This document shows positions 1-11,248 of a stretch of DNA of 64,000 nt, in pieces (the first letter of the stretch is position 1; every line of letters starts with the position of its first letter). The DNA lies in contig JAVXBC010000002.1 of assembly GCA_036660195.1 (NCBI GenBank), positions 654 to 64,653 on the forward strand, in the 5' to 3' direction. The DNA comes from Acinetobacter sp. Its GTDB lineage: Bacteria > Pseudomonadota > Gammaproteobacteria > Pseudomonadales > Moraxellaceae. The notes beneath the pieces are model-generated. The model searched no databases and had not been told where the DNA came from. It saw only the letters and a list, made by a program, of their open reading frames with translations. Made by a program: the position numbers and the translations under genes.

Positions 1-8
1 TAAAAGTA

Positions 9-2186
9 GTGTCTGGTGTAAAAGACGCAAATGTAAATCTTGCAACAGAACAAGCCACCATAACAGGCTCTGCAAATGTCGAGGCTTTAATTGCCGCTAT
101 TGATCAGGCGGGCTATGATGCCACAGTATTACCAACCGCTTTACGCGATCAAACGGAGCAACTTGAAAAAAAAGATCAAGAACGCGCGGAATTAAAACGA
201 GATATTATTGTTGCCACTATTCTCGCGTTGCCTGTTTTTATTGTAGAAATGGGTTCTCATTTGTTCCACAGCGTACATCAACTGATTGCTCAAACCATTG
301 GCATGCAAAATAGTTGGTATTTGCAGTTTATTTTGACCACGCTGGTGCTGCTTATTCCGGGTCGAAGATTCTACAGCAAAGGCTTCCCTGCACTGTTTCG
401 TTTAGCGCCAGATATGAACTCGCTAGTTGCCGTTGGTACATTGGCAGCCTACCTGTTTTCAATGGTTGCCACATTCACACCGAATCTGCTTCCATCAGGA
501 ACAGTCAATGTGTATTACGAAGCAGCTGCGGTCATTGTTGCCTTAATCTTACTCGGACGTTTTCTTGAAGCCAAAGCGAAAGGACGAACCTCTGAAGCAA
601 TTCAACGTTTAGTGAGTTTACAGGCAAAGGTGGCTCATGTTTCACGTCATAATCAGGTCATTGATATTCCGATTGAGCACGTTGTCACGGGTGATCTCCT
701 GATTGTAAAACCCGGTGAAAGAATTCCAGTCGATGGTGAAGTGGTTGAAGGACAAAGCTTCGTTTATGAATCCATGATTACAGGCGAACCCATTCCAATT
801 GAGAAAAAAATAGGCAGTGCAATTGTAGGTGGTACAATCAACCAAAATGGAACGCTCACTTTTAAAGCAGTTGCCGTTGGCGGTGATACCATGCTTGCCC
901 AAATCATTCGGTTGGTCGAACAAGCACAAGGCTCTAAAATGCCGATTCAAGCTGTCGTCGATAAAATGACGTTGTGGTTTGTACCTGCCGTCATGATTAC
1001 TGCCGTACTTACCTTCTTCACTTGGCTAATTTTTGGCCCATATCCTGCTTTAAGTTTTGCGTTGGTCAATGCCGTTGCTGTGTTAATTATTGCTTGTCCA
1101 TGTGCGATGGGATTGGCGACACCAACCTCTATTATGGTGGGTACAGGTCGTGGTGCTGAACTCGGTGTGCTATTCAAAAAAGGTGAAGCATTACAGTTAT
1201 TAAAAGATGCCAAAGTGGTTGCTGTAGATAAAACAGGCACATTAACCGCAGGACATCCTGTCCTCACCGATTTGGACGTTACCGAGCGCTTTGAACGTGA
1301 TGATGTCTTAGCGATGGTCGCAGCGGTTGAATCTCGTTCCGAACATCCAATTGCAAAAGCGATTGTCGATGCGGCAAAAGCTGAGAGTCTTGATTTACCG
1401 AAAGTTGAAACTTTCGACTCCGTTACTGGTATGGGTGTTTGTGCAACAGTAAATGGCGATAAGAAAATACATATTGGTGCTGATCGTTATCTTGAGCAAC
1501 TCGGTATTGAGATTGCCCCATTTGTCCATACTGCTCAGCGTTTAGCTATGGAAGGAAAATCTCCCCTCTATGTCGCGATTGATGGTGAATTAGCCGCTAT
1601 TATTGCAGTTGCCGATCCTATTAAAACCACAACGCCAGCAGCCATTAAAGCCTTGCATCAGTTAGGTTTAAAGGTTGTGATGGTGACGGGAGACAATGTA
1701 ACTACTGCTCAAGCCATTGCCAGACAACTGGGTATTGATGAAGTGATTGCCGAAGTTTTGCCTGAAGGAAAAGTCAATGCGGTGCGTAAACTTAAAGCTC
1801 AATATGGCAATATTGCCTTTGTAGGCGACGGAATGAATGATGCACCAGCGCTTGCCGAAGCGGATGTTGGGCTTGCGATTGGTACAGGAACAGATGTTGC
1901 GATTGAATCTGCGGATGTCATCTTGGTGTCAGGAAACTTGCATGGTGTTGCCAATGCAATTGCATTATCTAAGGCAACGATTGGCAATATTTATCAAAAT
2001 TTATTTTGGGCATTTGCTTATAATACGCTGTTGATCCCCGTTGCTGCTGGTGTCTTGTATCCAGCCTATGGCGTATTGATGTCACCAATATTTGCAGCTG
2101 GCGCAATGGCTTTATCGAGTGTATTCGTATTAGGGAATGCTTTACGTTTACGACGCTTTCAACCGCCTGCCGTGACTAAAGCTTAA
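9..2186 (+). CDS. copA: Copper-translocating P1B-type ATPase (5' end lies outside the window)
   Basis: CPC transmembrane motif ([12 protein letters not shown]), DKTGT phosphorylation site, SEHP, TGE, GDGxNDAP, YN and MxxSS Cu(I) ligands; begins mid-HMA domain; followed by cueR. Confidence 0.95.
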   Translation: MSGVKDANVNLATEQATITGSANVEALIAAIDQAGYDATVLPTALRDQTEQLEKKDQERAELKRDIIVATILALPVFIVEMGSHLFHSVHQLIAQTIGMQNSWYLQFILTTLVLLIPGRRFYSKGFPALFRLAPDMNSLVAVGTLAAYLFSMVATFTPNLLPSGTVNVYYEAAAVIVALILLGRFLEAKAKGRTSEAIQRLVSLQAKVAHVSRHNQVIDIPIEHVVTGDLLIVKPGERIPVDGEVVEGQSFVYESMITGEPIPIEKKIGSAIVGGTINQNGTLTFKAVAVGGDTMLAQIIRLVEQAQGSKMPIQAVVDKMTLWFVPAVMITAVLTFFTWLIFGPYPALSFALVNAVAVLIIACPCAMGLATPTSIMVGTGRGAELGVLFKKGEALQLLKDAKVVAVDKTGTLTAGHPVLTDLDVTERFERDDVLAMVAAVESRSEHPIAKAIVDAAKAESLDLPKVETFDSVTGMGVCATVNGDKKIHIGADRYLEQLGIEIAPFVHTAQRLAMEGKSPLYVAIDGELAAIIAVADPIKTTTPAAIKALHQLGLKVVMVTGDNVTTAQAIARQLGIDEVIAEVLPEGKVNAVRKLKAQYGNIAFVGDGMNDAPALAEADVGLAIGTGTDVAIESADVILVSGNLHGVANAIALSKATIGNIYQNLFWAFAYNTLLIPVAAGVLYPAYGVLMSPIFAAGAMALSSVFVLGNALRLRRFQPPAVTKA

Positions 2187-2201
2187 TGTTGGAGAAGTTC
2201 A

Positions 2202-2660
2202 ATGCATATTGGTAAAGCATCTCAAGCATCGGGCGTTACATCTAAGATGATACGTTATTATGAACAAATTGGTTTAATTCCTGCTGCTGGTCGTAATAAT
2301 GCAGGTTATCGTGCCTACTCTATCAATGATCTTGAACGCTTAAAGTTCATTAAAAGAAGTCGTGAATTGGGTTTTTCAGTGAAAGAAATCGCTGAATTAC
2401 TTGATTTATGGAGTAATCGAAGCAGACAAAGTGCTGATGTCAAACGTTTGGCTCAAGATCACATAGATAAACTTGAAGAGCGAATTAGTGACTTGCAGCA
2501 GATGGCAAACACACTTAAAAGCTTAATTGATAGTTGTTCTGGTGATCATCGACCAGATTGCCCTATTTTGGACGGATTACAAGAACCTAGCCATGAGTTA
2601 AAAGATGTTCATCACCATAATGACTTACTTTCTGTATCCCCTTTAGCTCGGAAAAAATAA
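2202..2660 (+). CDS. cueR: Cu(I)-responsive MerR-family regulator
   Basis: MerR HTH (MIRYYEQIGL), CSGDHRPDC metal loop, SD GGAG, directly after copA. Confidence 0.93.
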   Translation: MHIGKASQASGVTSKMIRYYEQIGLIPAAGRNNAGYRAYSINDLERLKFIKRSRELGFSVKEIAELLDLWSNRSRQSADVKRLAQDHIDKLEERISDLQQMANTLKSLIDSCSGDHRPDCPILDGLQEPSHELKDVHHHNDLLSVSPLARKK

Positions 2661-2704
2661 CCTGTCACTAGAAAAGTTATTTTAGAGGTAATGACTAGTC
2701 TTTT

Positions 2705-3268
2705 TTATGAAGACATTTTTTTCAATGAGGAAGATATTTCTTTTAAAGATTTTTTCATAGATAACTCTGACGACTCTGAAATGTCTGTTCCCTCAAGTGC
2801 AATTGGATCAAGAATAATATTATTTATAAATTTACGTTTAAAAAACTGTAAAGGAACAGGACTATAAAAAGATATGCTAACTTCTAAAGGAATTCCATTT
2901 AATGCTTCCTTTAATCCACCATATTGTCCCCAAGTAAAAATCATTTTTTGATTTGGGTAAAGAATTGGCAAACCATTAACAAATATGCCTGATTCATAAA
3001 ATTTTACAGGTTCGCTTAATTTACTAATACCATATGCAGCTCTAGGCATACCTATTGGTGTATCAAACCGAATATTTTTAGCTATCCCTCCACCTATATT
3101 TTGAACAATTAAATTTATTATTGTTGGTCTATTAGGATCAGTCTGTGTGTAAATAACTACATCCGCTATTGAATTTTTATGATAGACCACATAAGTCACA
3201 ATTAGTGAGCAAATAGCAATAACTAATGATAAAAAAGCAACTATGATTGTTAAAATATTTATTACCAC
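2705..3268 (-). CDS. Hypothetical membrane-anchored protein, very AT-rich
   Basis: 187-aa ORF with N-terminal hydrophobic helix; GTG start with GAGG SD; no recognisable motif. Confidence 0.7.
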   Translation of the reverse strand: MVINILTIIVAFLSLVIAICSLIVTYVVYHKNSIADVVIYTQTDPNRPTIINLIVQNIGGGIAKNIRFDTPIGMPRAAYGISKLSEPVKFYESGIFVNGLPILYPNQKMIFTWGQYGGLKEALNGIPLEVSISFYSPVPLQFFKRKFINNIILDPIALEGTDISESSELSMKKSLKEISSSLKKMSS

Positions 3269-3385
3269 TTATACCTCTTGTATAGTTATTCCGAAGCCAA
3301 ATAACTTAGAATTATTCAGAGAATTAGTATATACCAAAGCCCACACACGTGAGCTTTTCAACATTCAGACTCGAGCAAACCTATC

Positions 3386-4186
3386 TCAACGTAATCCCTT
3401 AAAAATGAAAAACAATCCGACGCTAAATAACAGTACGGCAAAACATTTTTTAAGTGCACTTGGTGATAATGCATGGGCTACTTTTGCACCTAACTTTGCA
3501 GTAAAAAAGCTCATTGAGCTAATGCCAATAAAGGCATAAATATGAACAAAGCCAATACTATTGGGAACATTGATGTGTTCTTTCATGCCAAAGAACATAA
3601 ATCCTAAAGCGCCAGCGATCGCAATTGGTAAGCCACAAGCCGCTGAAGTACCAACTGCCTTTTGCATAACCACGCCATAATGATTGAGATAAGGTACAGT
3701 TAAACTCCCTCCTCCAATCCCAAAAATTGCGGATGCAACACCAATTCCTGTACCTGCACATACTTGCTTGGATGTTGATGGCAGTGATTTATCTTGATCT
3801 ATGACTTTTTTTGCACCAATAAACATCGTGTAAGCAACCCAGATCGCAAAGACACCAATGATCAATTGCAAATGCGCCCCTGAAAGCAATCCTGCAATAC
3901 CTGCACCTAAAAATGATCCTAATACCAAGCCCGGTGCTAGATTTTTGAACACAGGCCAGATGACTGCACCATTTTTATGATGTGCCATTAATGAACTGAT
4001 TGATGTCACGATGATGGTTGCTAAAGATGTACCTAATGCAATATGCATTACAACTTCAGGGTCATACCCCATACGTGTGAAAACGAGATATAAAAGCGGT
4101 ACGATGATTAAGCCACCACCCACACCAAACAGCCCAGCTGTAAATCCAGCTAAGGCACCAATTATTAAAAAAATGATTAATTCCAT
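3386..4186 (-). CDS. TauE/SafE (sulfite exporter/TSUP) family membrane protein
   Basis: Repeated GLFGVGGG / AIFGIGGG and A(L/V)GTS motifs; about 8 hydrophobic segments. Confidence 0.9.
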   Translation of the reverse strand: MELIIFLIIGALAGFTAGLFGVGGGLIIVPLLYLVFTRMGYDPEVVMHIALGTSLATIIVTSISSLMAHHKNGAVIWPVFKNLAPGLVLGSFLGAGIAGLLSGAHLQLIIGVFAIWVAYTMFIGAKKVIDQDKSLPSTSKQVCAGTGIGVASAIFGIGGGSLTVPYLNHYGVVMQKAVGTSAACGLPIAIAGALGFMFFGMKEHINVPNSIGFVHIYAFIGISSMSFFTAKLGAKVAHALSPSALKKCFAVLLFSVGLFFIFKGLR

Positions 4187-4227
4187 GAAATACTGACTTT
4201 ATGCATTGATAAAAATATAGAGTGATT

Positions 4228-4743
4228 TTAAGCGATTTCCGCCTGTTCCACATGATGCCCTACATAGTGATAGGTACGATTAAAATAAACTAAACCCCGA
4301 TTTTGTTCACTGTCATGCTGATTTTGTTGAATCGCGACGATCCGACAGATAAAAATAGTATGTGTTCCAACTTCTTGAGCTTGCTCAATCTGACAATCAA
4401 AACTCACCAAAGTATCTTCTAAAACAGGTGAACCAGTCTTTAATTCCGTCCAGTTGCCATATTCAAAGCGTTCTTCAGAACTCAGTTTAGACGAAAATAT
4501 GTTGGAAATATGCTTAAGATTCGCGCCTAAAACATTCACGGTTAAAATTTTATTTTCGATAAAATGAACATGTGACCGAGACGCTTGATTCATACAGACC
4601 AATAATGTCGGCGGTGTATCCGTGACACTACACACCGCAGATGCAGTGAAGCCATGACGACCAGATGCACCTGAGGTCGTGACGACATTCACCGCACCAG
4701 TTAACATCGACATGGCATTTCTATACTCTGTTGCTTCAATCAT
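4228..4743 (-). CDS. Flavin reductase (HpaC/RutF-like), mesXD-associated
   Basis: YRNAMS..GAVNVVTT, GFTASAVCSV..PPTLLVC, GTHTIF, LVYFNR motifs; start set at ATG after GAGGA SD. Confidence 0.9.
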   Translation of the reverse strand: MIEATEYRNAMSMLTGAVNVVTTSGASGRHGFTASAVCSVTDTPPTLLVCMNQASRSHVHFIENKILTVNVLGANLKHISNIFSSKLSSEERFEYGNWTELKTGSPVLEDTLVSFDCQIEQAQEVGTHTIFICRIVAIQQNQHDSEQNRGLVYFNRTYHYVGHHVEQAEIA

Positions 4744-4826
4744 CACATTGTTCCTCAAAAAGAGTTGCCCGTTTCATCATGAACGCCAATCAGACGGGCT
4801 CGTTCTTACATGACTGTCTTTCTTTG

Positions 4827-5861
4827 TTACGGCTTCGTTGCGAGTTCTCTACGGATGATTTCCGCGCCTGCATTTAAAGCATTAAGCTTGCCTCTTGCGA
4901 CATCACGCGGCAAAGGCGCCATGCCACAGTTCGTACAAGGATAGAGCTTGTCGGCATCGACGAATTGAAGTGCTTTGCGTAGGGTGTTGGCGACTTCCTC
5001 TGGGGTTTCAATGGTATTGCTTGCCACATCAATCGCCCCGACCATCACTTTTTTACCGCGAACGAGTTCAAGTAGTTCCATTGGCACATGAGAGTTGTGA
5101 CATTCAAGCGAGATGATATCGATCTTGGATTTCTGCAACTTGGGGAAAGCTTCCTCATATTGCCGCCACTCAGAGCCCAGCGTCTTTTTCCAATCGGTAT
5201 TGGCTTGGATGCCGTAACCGTAGCAAATATGCACGGCAGTTTCACACTTCAGACCTTCGATGGCTCGCTCGAGGGTCGCAACGCCCCAATCATTCACCTC
5301 ATCAAAAAACACATTAAATGCAGGTTCATCAAATTGAATAATATCAACACCAGCCGCTTCTAATTCTCTGGCTTCTTCATTGAGAATTTTGGCAAATTCC
5401 CAAGCCAGTTTTTCGCGGCTCTTATAGTGAGCATCATAGAGCGTATCAATCATGGTCATAGGCCCTGGCAGCGCCCATTTAATCGGTTGATCGGTCAGCG
5501 CACGTAACAACTTGGCATCTTCAACAAAAACAGGCTTTTGGCGAGAAACAGGCCCCACCACTGTCGGCACACTGGCATCATAGCGATCACGAATTCTCAC
5601 CGTTTCGCGTTTCTCAAAATCAACGCCATTGAGGTGCTCAATAAACGTAGTCACAAAATGTTGGCGCGTTTGCTCGCCATCACTGACGATATCGATGCCT
5701 GCGTGTTGTTGTTCTTGCAATGACAAACGTAAAGCATCCTGTTTGCCGTCAATGAGTTCGCCATCTTGTAATTTCCAAGGTGACCAGAGTTTCTCAGGCT
5801 CTGCCAGCCAAGAAGGTTTCGGTAAACTGCCTGCTGTTGAAGTCGGTAATAATCGTTTCAT
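4827..5861 (-). CDS. mesD: Folate-independent core methionine synthase (MesD type)
   Basis: Single-barrel MetE C-terminal-like domain: GSLPKP, DGEQTR, Zn ligands HICYG...E...NCG; directly downstream of a DUF1852 gene. Confidence 0.88.
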   Translation of the reverse strand: MKRLLPTSTAGSLPKPSWLAEPEKLWSPWKLQDGELIDGKQDALRLSLQEQQHAGIDIVSDGEQTRQHFVTTFIEHLNGVDFEKRETVRIRDRYDASVPTVVGPVSRQKPVFVEDAKLLRALTDQPIKWALPGPMTMIDTLYDAHYKSREKLAWEFAKILNEEARELEAAGVDIIQFDEPAFNVFFDEVNDWGVATLERAIEGLKCETAVHICYGYGIQANTDWKKTLGSEWRQYEEAFPKLQKSKIDIISLECHNSHVPMELLELVRGKKVMVGAIDVASNTIETPEEVANTLRKALQFVDADKLYPCTNCGMAPLPRDVARGKLNALNAGAEIIRRELATKP

Positions 5862-5885
5862 AATCAATAGTCTCGTATATCTCGG

Positions 5886-6887
5886 TTACACAGCAGCGCA
5901 GTTTTTATCAGAATAGCTTGCAGCCCATTGTTCAAGAACATCTTGGTAGGGTTTGATAAATTGCTCTTCAACAAACTTGCCTTGCTCAATCGCCAAACGA
6001 CCACGTTCTTCTCGGTCATAAACAATGCGAGTCAGTGAATAATCCTGCTGTTTCAAACTGGGTTGATAAGATTTTCCTGCTGTTGAATTTGCATTGTAAA
6101 TTTCAGGACGATAAATTTTTTGGAACGACTCCATCGTGCTGATGGTGCTGATCAGCTCAAGATTGGTGTAATCCGCCAGCAAATCGCCAGAAAAATAAAA
6201 CGCCAAAGGTGCAACACTATTCGCAGGCATGAAATAGCGAACCGTTAAGCCCATTTTATGGAAATATTCATCAGTGAGAGAATATTGATCTTGTAGGTAT
6301 TCAACCCCTAATACAGGATGCAGGTTTTCTGTCCGCTGATAGGTTCTGCTGCTTGAAACACTTAAGCAGATCACAGGTTGTTTATTAAAATTATTCTTAT
6401 AAGTATCAGAGTTTACGAAACTTTTGAAGAGTTTTCCGTGCAGTTCACCATAGTTTTCTGGCGTGCTAAATTTGGCTTGATTCTTATTATGTTCAAGCAG
6501 CAAGACGCTAAAATCGTAATCTCGCACATAAGAGGAAAAGTTGTTGCCGACAATACCCGCAATGCGTTCATTCGTTTTGAGATCAACAATATTCGTTTTC
6601 AAGATTTCAATTAAAGGTAAGCCCTTCGTGCTGCTTTGGGCATCAATATTCAAGGCAACAGAAATGATTTCAAGCTCGACCGCATAACGATCTGCTTTAG
6701 GGTTATCCCAATGCGCCAAGTCATTAAAACGATTGTTAATCATCTTCAACGTATTGCGCAAGTTCTCTTGGCGACTCTCGCCTCTCGCCAAATTGGCAAA
6801 GTTGGTGGTGATACGCGTCGTATCTGAGGGCTGATAGTTTTCATCGAAACGAATGCTTTTAATCGCAAATGTAAACTCGTTACTCAT
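5886..6887 (-). CDS. mesX: DUF1852 putative oxygenase MesX
   Basis: TRITTNFANLARG, GNNFSSYVRDYDFS and IYRPEIYNANS signatures; adjacent to mesD. Confidence 0.9.
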   Translation of the reverse strand: MSNEFTFAIKSIRFDENYQPSDTTRITTNFANLARGESRQENLRNTLKMINNRFNDLAHWDNPKADRYAVELEIISVALNIDAQSSTKGLPLIEILKTNIVDLKTNERIAGIVGNNFSSYVRDYDFSVLLLEHNKNQAKFSTPENYGELHGKLFKSFVNSDTYKNNFNKQPVICLSVSSSRTYQRTENLHPVLGVEYLQDQYSLTDEYFHKMGLTVRYFMPANSVAPLAFYFSGDLLADYTNLELISTISTMESFQKIYRPEIYNANSTAGKSYQPSLKQQDYSLTRIVYDREERGRLAIEQGKFVEEQFIKPYQDVLEQWAASYSDKNCAAV

Positions 6888-6970
6888 GGTGATCGGCTAC
6901 CCTAATGTCTATGGGGTGATTTATACTTGATTGATCACATGAATAAAAATGATTTAACCTCACGACAAAG

Positions 6971-7032
6971 TGAATATAATTCATGATGGTGAGTTTTATT
7001 GAGTTTACGCATGAAAGGATGAATACACTTCA
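6971..7032. promoter_or_regulatory. Two MetR-type boxes (TGAA-N5-TTCA) upstream of mesXD
   Basis: TGAAtataaTTCA at 6971-6983 and TGAAtacacTTCA at 7020-7032; both fit the LysR T-N11-A / MetR consensus. Confidence 0.7.
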
Positions 7033-7170
7033 TCATAAGCTGAGAAATTGTCAGCTTTTTAGGCTATTTAACTTGTCTAAATTTCAGAAGTAATCGTGCA
7101 GATTTTTAAATTATCGCAAATAAAAGCGTTAAAAAAGCCAATTGAAGAACATAAATCATGTATTTCTGTT

Positions 7171-7213
7171 AAAAAAATGAGTACGAAATTTAATATAAAA
7201 TTTCGTACTCATT
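7171..7213 (-). terminator. Rho-independent terminator of the OsmC-YcaO gene
   Basis: Perfect 16-bp inverted repeat AATGAGTACGAAATTT (7176-7191) / AAATTTCGTACTCATT (7198-7213) with U-tract on the minus strand. Confidence 0.85.
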
Positions 7214-7222
7214 CATTACTTC

Positions 7223-9427
7223 TTAATTTTTTCTTATAGATTTCGCTCGTGCACTGTGCAGCTTTTTATAACTCTCAATCAAACGTAAATGTCGATCTAA
7301 GCCTTCCAATTTCATACTGGTTTCGGTTAAACCGTAGAATCGAATACTACCGTCCATAGAGCCAATCACTGCATCCATGCGCTCATCGCCAAACATACGA
7401 CGGAAATTCACTTCATAATCGTTTAAATCAAGCTCATCTTCATCCAGTTCAATTTCAAGCACGACGTTCATACATTGATAAAATAAACCACGTTCAACGG
7501 TGTTGGTATTAAATTGCAGGAAGGTTTCAGCCAATTCTTTGGCTTGCTCAAACTCTTGCAAAGCAATATAAATCAATAGTTTAAGCTCAAGAATGGTTAA
7601 CTGACCCCACACAGTATTGTCATCAAACTCAATGCCGATTAAGGTTTTAATTTCAGTATAATCATCAACTTCGAGCTCTTCTAAACGCTCTGCCAAAGCT
7701 TCAAGCTGTTCATCATCTAAACGATGTAGATTCAAAATATCTTCACGGAACAATAAAGCTTTATTGGTATTGTCTTCAATTAAATCTTCGACTAAATAAA
7801 TTTCTGAATAATCAGGTACTAAGATACGGCAAGCAGTCGCACCCAAATGCTCATAAACCGCCATGTAAACTTCTTTGCCCATTTCTTCAAGTATGCCAAA
7901 TAATGTGGCAGCTTCATCTGCATTGGAGCTTTCACCTTCACCGCTAAAGTCCCATTCTACAAATTCATAGTCAGACTGTGAGCTAAAAAATCGCCAAGAC
8001 ACCACGCCACTTGAATCAATAAAATGCTCTACGAAGTTGTTTGGTTCAGTCACCGCATTACTTTGGAAAGTTGGTTGCGGTAAATCATTGAGCCCCTCGA
8101 AACTACGACCTTGCAACAACTCAGTCAAACTACGTTCCAATGCCACTTCAAAACTTGGGTGCGCACCAAAAGAAGCAAACACACCACCAGTTCGTGGATT
8201 CATCAACGTCACACACATCACAGGGAATTGACCGCCGAGTGATGCATCCTTAACCAAAACTGGAAAGCCCTGCTCCTCTAAACCTTGAATGCCTGCGACG
8301 ATATTTGGGTATTTGTTTAACACCTCTTGCGGGACATCTGGCAGTGTCATTTCGCTTTCTAAAATCTCACGTTTTACCGCACGCTCGAAAATTTCAGATA
8401 AGCATTGAACTTGCGCTTCAGCTAAGGTATTTCCTGCGCTCATACCATTACTTAAATATAAGTTTTCAATTAAATTTGATGGAAAATATACGGTTTCATT
8501 GTCTGATTGACGTACAAACGGCAAGCAACAAATACCACGTGCGGTATTACCAGAGTTGGTGTCGTATAAATGTGTGCCTAGCAATTCATCATCTGGGTTA
8601 TAAATTTCAATGCAATATTCATCTAAAATTTCTTTTGGTAATGCACCTTTTTTACCCGGCTTAAACCATTTTTCATCTGGATAATGTACAAAATCCGCAT
8701 TGGCAATTTCTTCACCCCAAAATTGGTCGTTATAGAAAAAATTACAATTCAAACGTTCAATAAACTCGCCAAGTGCCGATGCCAACGCGCTTTCTTTGGT
8801 TGAGCCTTTGCCATTGGTAAAGCACATCGGCGATTGAGCATCTCGAATATGTAAAGACCAAACATTTGGAACGATGTTACGCCAAGAAGCGATTTCAATT
8901 TTCATGCCCAAATTTGCCAAAATAGCGGACATATTGGCAATGGTATCTTCGAGTGGTAAATCTTTGCCTAAAATACGAGTACTCGTTTCAGCAGTTAGGC
9001 TTGGCATGAGCAAGGCTTGCGCATCTGCATCAATGCTTTCTACTTCTTCAATAATAAATTCGGGGCCAGTTTGAATGACTTTTTTAACCGTACAACGATC
9101 AATCGAACGTAGAATGCCTTGACGGTCTTTTTCTGCAATATCGGCAGGAAGTTCAATTTGAATTTTAAAAATTTGTTTATAGCGGTTTTCAGGATCAACA
9201 ATATTATTTTGCGACAAACGAATATTGTCGGTCGGAATATCGCGCGCAGCACAATACACTTTGACAAAATAAGCGGCACATAAGGCAGAAGATGCAAGGA
9301 AATAGTCAAATGGGCCCGGCGCAGAACCATCACCTTTATAGCGAATAGGCTGATCGGCAATCACTGAAAAATCATCGAACTTGGCTTCTTGACGAAGATT
9401 ATCGAGATAATTGACTTTAATTTCCAT
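7223..9427 (-). CDS. ycaO: OsmC-domain / YcaO-domain fusion protein
   Basis: N-terminal OsmC-like domain (ADQP..YKGDGSAPGP, LC..RCTV); YcaO motifs NGKG, ASALGEFIER, SNGMSAGN, SEIFER, ALERSLTELLQGR. Confidence 0.9.
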   Translation of the reverse strand: MEIKVNYLDNLRQEAKFDDFSVIADQPIRYKGDGSAPGPFDYFLASSALCAAYFVKVYCAARDIPTDNIRLSQNNIVDPENRYKQIFKIQIELPADIAEKDRQGILRSIDRCTVKKVIQTGPEFIIEEVESIDADAQALLMPSLTAETSTRILGKDLPLEDTIANMSAILANLGMKIEIASWRNIVPNVWSLHIRDAQSPMCFTNGKGSTKESALASALGEFIERLNCNFFYNDQFWGEEIANADFVHYPDEKWFKPGKKGALPKEILDEYCIEIYNPDDELLGTHLYDTNSGNTARGICCLPFVRQSDNETVYFPSNLIENLYLSNGMSAGNTLAEAQVQCLSEIFERAVKREILESEMTLPDVPQEVLNKYPNIVAGIQGLEEQGFPVLVKDASLGGQFPVMCVTLMNPRTGGVFASFGAHPSFEVALERSLTELLQGRSFEGLNDLPQPTFQSNAVTEPNNFVEHFIDSSGVVSWRFFSSQSDYEFVEWDFSGEGESSNADEAATLFGILEEMGKEVYMAVYEHLGATACRILVPDYSEIYLVEDLIEDNTNKALLFREDILNLHRLDDEQLEALAERLEELEVDDYTEIKTLIGIEFDDNTVWGQLTILELKLLIYIALQEFEQAKELAETFLQFNTNTVERGLFYQCMNVVLEIELDEDELDLNDYEVNFRRMFGDERMDAVIGSMDGSIRFYGLTETSMKLEGLDRHLRLIESYKKLHSARAKSIRKN

Positions 9428-9560
9428 GCGCTACACCCAAGCCGTCCTATATGTCCGCACGGACAAATAAGAGTTCAAATAATAATGGGCGGTATTATAA
9501 GGTGATTTTACTTAGATGATGAGGTTTATTGTAGAAAGCATTCTAATTATATGGTTTATT

Positions 9561-9911
9561 TTAATTTTTCAATTGATTAGAAATTTGTTCAAATTCATGT
9601 GCGATGGAAGACCTTGCGGTTTGTTCCATTGCTCTAAATTTATTTAGGATTTCATGCCCAAATTCAGTGACCACAGCGCCACCGCCATGCGTTCCACCAG
9701 TTTGAGTTTCCACTAAAACAGACTGAAAAGATTGATTCATGGTTTCGACCAATTGCCATGCACGACGATAACTCATGTTCATAGATTTGGCTGCTTGCGA
9801 AATAGAACCTGTCCGCTGAATTGCTTCCAATAAATCTGCTTTTCCTGGCCCAAAAGCAATTTCATTATCAGCCAAAATTCGGATATGCAGTTTTAAGCGT
9901 GAGTTTGACAT
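9561..9911 (-). CDS. ModE N-terminal-like winged-HTH protein (no molybdate-binding domain)
   Basis: FGPGKADLLEAI..TGSISQAAK.MNMSYRRAW and GG.GGGA..T motifs; only about 116 aa. Confidence 0.85.
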   Translation of the reverse strand: MSNSRLKLHIRILADNEIAFGPGKADLLEAIQRTGSISQAAKSMNMSYRRAWQLVETMNQSFQSVLVETQTGGTHGGGAVVTEFGHEILNKFRAMEQTARSSIAHEFEQISNQLKN

Positions 9912-9967
9912 TGATATAGACTCAAAAATGGACAATGTAATGACATTGCCCATTCACATATTGAAAT

Positions 9968-11104
<1,137 letters not shown>

Positions 11105-11248
11105 TCATATTCGGGGAAGCATTCTCTGAGTTTACTCGAATATTCAACTTAAAATTGACTGAAATGACAATTTTTATAGGGCTGCCCAACAATTACATCT
11201 CTATTTTATATGCTAATTTATTTTTATAATTCTAAAAAGGATACCCTC

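Noticed and set aside
4827-5861. Truncated metE pseudogene
   Set aside because: Intact single-domain protein with all Zn ligands next to mesX, which is the normal MesD architecture
7223-9427. RiPP (azole/thioamide peptide) biosynthetic cluster around ycaO
   Set aside because: No precursor peptide, dehydrogenase, TfuA, protease or transporter is adjacent, and the gene has its own promoter and terminator
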